From positions 420,001 to 452,000 of the forward strand of contig OZ246396.1 of assembly GCA_965230905.1 (NCBI GenBank): a DNA stretch of 32,000 nucleotides, given 5' to 3'. A program made the position numbers and the translations under genes. Each line of letters opens with the position of its first letter. The stretch's first letter is position 1. The notes beneath the pieces were generated by a model. That model was given only the letters and a program-made list of their open reading frames with translations. It made no database searches and was not told where the DNA came from. Source of the DNA: Candidatus Saccharimonadota bacterium. GTDB lineage: Bacteria > Patescibacteriota > Gracilibacteria > UBA1369 > 2-02-FULL-48-14. This document shows, piece after piece, positions 29,805-32,000 of this stretch.

Positions 29805-30053
29805 CTAAGCTCCACTCAGAATGACGTTCACCATGGCAAAGGCAATCAGGGTGCCAATGATGACGAGAGGCGGAAGCACGATGAGGGCAATGCCCCAAAT
29901 GATGCGGCGTTTTTTAGCTTTTGGATCTTTGTTGTTGAGGCCCGTGACGAGGAGGACGATTCCGCCGGGAATGCCAATAAAAACTCCGATGACGGCAAGT
30001 AAGCCTAGAAAACTGATAATATAATTCATGGTGACTAAAACAGTATCTTTCAT
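29805..30053 (-). CDS. Small two-TM membrane protein, unknown function
   Basis: It has two hydrophobic helices (ISFLGLLAVIGVFIGIPGGIVLLV and IIWGIALIVLPPLVIIGTLIAFAMV) around KDPKAKKRR. It lies directly downstream of guaA. Confidence 0.55.
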   Translation of the reverse strand: MKDTVLVTMNYIISFLGLLAVIGVFIGIPGGIVLLVTGLNNKDPKAKKRRIIWGIALIVLPPLVIIGTLIAFAMVNVILSGA

Positions 30054-30076
30054 GGCGAAGGGTTAGGGGGCGGAGT

Positions 30077-31897
30077 TTATTCCCACTCTATGGTAGCGGG
30101 TGGTTTGTTGGTGACGTCGTAGAAGACGCCGGAGATTTGTGAATCCTGAAGGAGGGCGCCGGTGAGGAGGGCGAGGGAATCCATGGGAAGCTGGGCGAAG
30201 TGGGCGGTCATGGCTTCTTCGGACACAATCGGACGAAGCACGAGGGATTCTTTGCCCGGCGCGTTTATGGAAAGAGGCAGGAGCACGGTGGGCATTTGCC
30301 AAACGGCGCGGTCTTGGCCGATTTCTTTGAGCCATGTCATGGCCAGAAGATCAGCGGTTTGCAGGGTTTTGATGCGGGCTGGGTTGAGGTCGCCGGGAGT
30401 AATGGAAAGCTGGGTGATGGCTTGCGGCGCGAAGGTGTAAAGTACGCGATTGATTTCGGGAAAACGGTTGGTGAGCGCTGGCGCGAGTAGCACCAGTTGT
30501 TCCCATGTAGTTGCTCCAGTAAGCGCGAGAGGGTGGCGGTAGGTGCGGAAATCACCCTGAACACCTACAGATTTGAGCGGGAGAATGTGGGCGCTGAGAG
30601 CGCTGCCTTTTTCTTGAAGGAAGTCGTTGATTTTTTCTTGGAGGGCCTCGTGGTTTTCGGGCCAATCTTCTGTGCGCGCGCACAGAATGCGCACCGCGAG
30701 ACCTGGACCTGGGAAAGGGTGACGCCAGACCAGCGAAGGCGGCAGCCCGAGTTTTTCGCCGACTTCACGAACCTCGTCTTTATATAAATCTTTGAGCGGT
30801 TCCAGCACGCGGCCCTGTTTGATGAGTGCCTCAATTTCCGGCACACGGTTGTGGTGCGTTTTGATCTTGGCAGAATTTTTGGTGCCGCCGGATTCGATGG
30901 TGTCCGGGTAAATGGTTCCTTGGCCGAGCATCCAGTGATCCGGATTCAGGCCGAGTTTCTCTGCCACTTTCTTTTGGATTTCTAAGAAAACGCGTCCGAT
31001 GATTTCTCGTTTCTTTTCAGGTTCATAGACGCCTGCAAGGGCCTCGGTGAACTCAGCGCTGCCTTCATAGACGTGGAGGTTTTGGATGCCTTCGTCGCGC
31101 AGGGCTTTTTCCACTTGTTCACGTTCGCCGGCGCGCATGAAGCCCGTGTCTACAAAGAGTCCATAGACACGCTCGGGGCCCAGGGCTTTTACGAGCAAAA
31201 CAAAGGCCACGGTGCTGTCCACTCCGCCGCTGATGAGCATGAACACATTGCGGTCCGCCACGAGTCTTTGCGTTTCGCTCACGCTGTAATCTATAAAATT
31301 GCCCAAGTCCCAGTCGCGTTCAATGCCGCAGAGGTCGAGGAAGTTGGAGTAAATTTTCGTGCCTTTTTCACTGTGGGTCACTTCGGGATGGAATTGGAGT
31401 CCATAAAAATTGCGGCTCACATCTCCCACGGCCGAGTACTTATCGTCTGCAGAAGAGGCGAGGATTTCAAAACCTTCGGGGAGGCGGGTCACGCGGTCGC
31501 CATGGCTCATCCAGACCTGGGTTTTGTCGCCGGGTTCAAAGCCCGCAAAAAGGCCTTCGTTTTTTTGAATAGTGATTTCGGCTTTTCCAAATTCGCGGCC
31601 CTGGCCTTCGCCGGGTTCCACGGTGCCTCCGAGCAGATGGGTGAGGAGTTGGTGGCCGTAGCAAACACCAAGCACAGGGATACCGAGCGCAAAAACTTCC
31701 GGGTCCACGGTGGGGCTGCCGGCTTCATAAACCGAAGCGGGGCCGCCGGAAAGAATGATTCCTTTGTAGGCTTTTAAAGCTTCAGCTGACGCTGAAGTAG
31801 GATCTAAAATTTCACTATAAACGCCCAGCCGTCGTATACGCGTGGCAATCAGGTGCGTGTACTGGCTTCCAAAGTCGAGAATGGCGATTTTATTCAT
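30077..31897 (-). CDS. guaA: GMP synthase (glutamine-hydrolysing), long form
   Basis: The GATase domain shows GVCYGHQLL and LQFHPEV. The PP-loop is LISGGVDSTV. The C-terminal end is NKPPATIEWE. I prefer the ATG at 31897 (MNKIAILDFGSQY). The C-terminal dimerisation region is longer than in the ~520-aa bacterial form. Confidence 0.95.
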   Translation of the reverse strand: MNKIAILDFGSQYTHLIATRIRRLGVYSEILDPTSASAEALKAYKGIILSGGPASVYEAGSPTVDPEVFALGIPVLGVCYGHQLLTHLLGGTVEPGEGQGREFGKAEITIQKNEGLFAGFEPGDKTQVWMSHGDRVTRLPEGFEILASSADDKYSAVGDVSRNFYGLQFHPEVTHSEKGTKIYSNFLDLCGIERDWDLGNFIDYSVSETQRLVADRNVFMLISGGVDSTVAFVLLVKALGPERVYGLFVDTGFMRAGEREQVEKALRDEGIQNLHVYEGSAEFTEALAGVYEPEKKREIIGRVFLEIQKKVAEKLGLNPDHWMLGQGTIYPDTIESGGTKNSAKIKTHHNRVPEIEALIKQGRVLEPLKDLYKDEVREVGEKLGLPPSLVWRHPFPGPGLAVRILCARTEDWPENHEALQEKINDFLQEKGSALSAHILPLKSVGVQGDFRTYRHPLALTGATTWEQLVLLAPALTNRFPEINRVLYTFAPQAITQLSITPGDLNPARIKTLQTADLLAMTWLKEIGQDRAVWQMPTVLLPLSINAPGKESLVLRPIVSEEAMTAHFAQLPMDSLALLTGALLQDSQISGVFYDVTNKPPATIEWE

Positions 31898-31913
31898 GGG
31901 AGTGAGGCCTGTT

Positions 31914-31993
31914 GTTTGTAGAATGTCGGAGCAGGCGTTTTTTGGCAAGTGTTTCAGAGTTTTTTAGTAATGCCACGCTTGCTGTCTACAAAC
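31914..31993 (-). promoter_or_regulatory. About 80-nt nested imperfect hairpin in the guaA 5' region
   Basis: Three nested complementary pairs are present: 31914-31922/31985-31993 (9 bp), 31930-31937/31976-31983 (7 of 8) and 31943-31947/31971-31975 (5 bp). Confidence 0.4.
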
Positions 31994-32000
31994 TTTACCC

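Noticed and set aside
31073-31777. 234-aa ORF antisense to guaA, plus several smaller ones at 30063-30846
   Set aside because: guaA is unambiguous across the entire interval, so these are shadow ORFs.
1-32000. CRISPR arrays, rRNA genes, integrases, transposases, reverse transcriptases and prophage structural genes
   Set aside because: I looked for regularly spaced direct repeats, rRNA-like conserved strings, and integrase, transposase or RT motifs in all listed ORFs and found none. The only mobility-associated gene is the HNH endonuclease.

Overview
This 32-kb window reads as a compact, gene-dense bacterial fragment with about 37 CDS and 5 tRNAs. I see no rRNA, CRISPR array, integrase or transposase. 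It has a Gram-positive-type envelope toolkit: an LPXTG sorting signal, SLH repeats, and murA/murB/murD. The gene families look typical of small-genome Candidate Phyla Radiation / Patescibacteria-like organisms (T4SS-pilin-like small membrane protein, DUF222-like HNH protein, many orphan acidic proteins). That taxonomic call is inference only. Recognisable housekeeping genes (murA, murB, a murD fusion, guaA, ybeY, tRNA-Tyr/Thr/Thr/Pro/Leu) are G/C-rich at codon third positions by eye. They are interleaved with visibly A/T-richer accessory blocks. These include three type II toxin-antitoxin modules (AbrB-PIN, Phd-MazF, and a MazF-like toxin with a downstream RHH antitoxin), an HNH endonuclease, a secreted SNase-type nuclease, a ComEC-C-terminal-like MBL hydrolase, a CaCA exchanger/K+ channel pair, and several large orphan proteins. 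The candidates I consider most worth follow-up are listed below. (1) An 819-aa fusion joins a PP-loop/Cys-cluster domain to a complete but atypical MurD; this may be a MurL-type epimerase/MurD2 route to D-Glu in peptidoglycan. (2) A tRNA-Thr-adjacent cluster holds a small SLOG/LOG-like protein, a PPP-type metallophosphoesterase and a divergent degenerate Bud32/RIO-like kinase-fold protein. The SLOG gene sits in a 623-bp segment bracketed by a 14-nt direct repeat of the tRNA 3' end. (3) Two homopolymer-associated frameshifts occur: T8 in a secreted SLH/CAP gene and G9 in the SLOG gene. (4) A Pho-box-like array of heptamers phased at 11 bp is present in two near-identical copies 22 kb apart. (5) Two near-identical extended -10/leader segments drive the surface-protein gene and an orphan 104-aa/781-aa operon. 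All functional calls rest on motifs read by eye from the supplied translations. No database search or folding was run.
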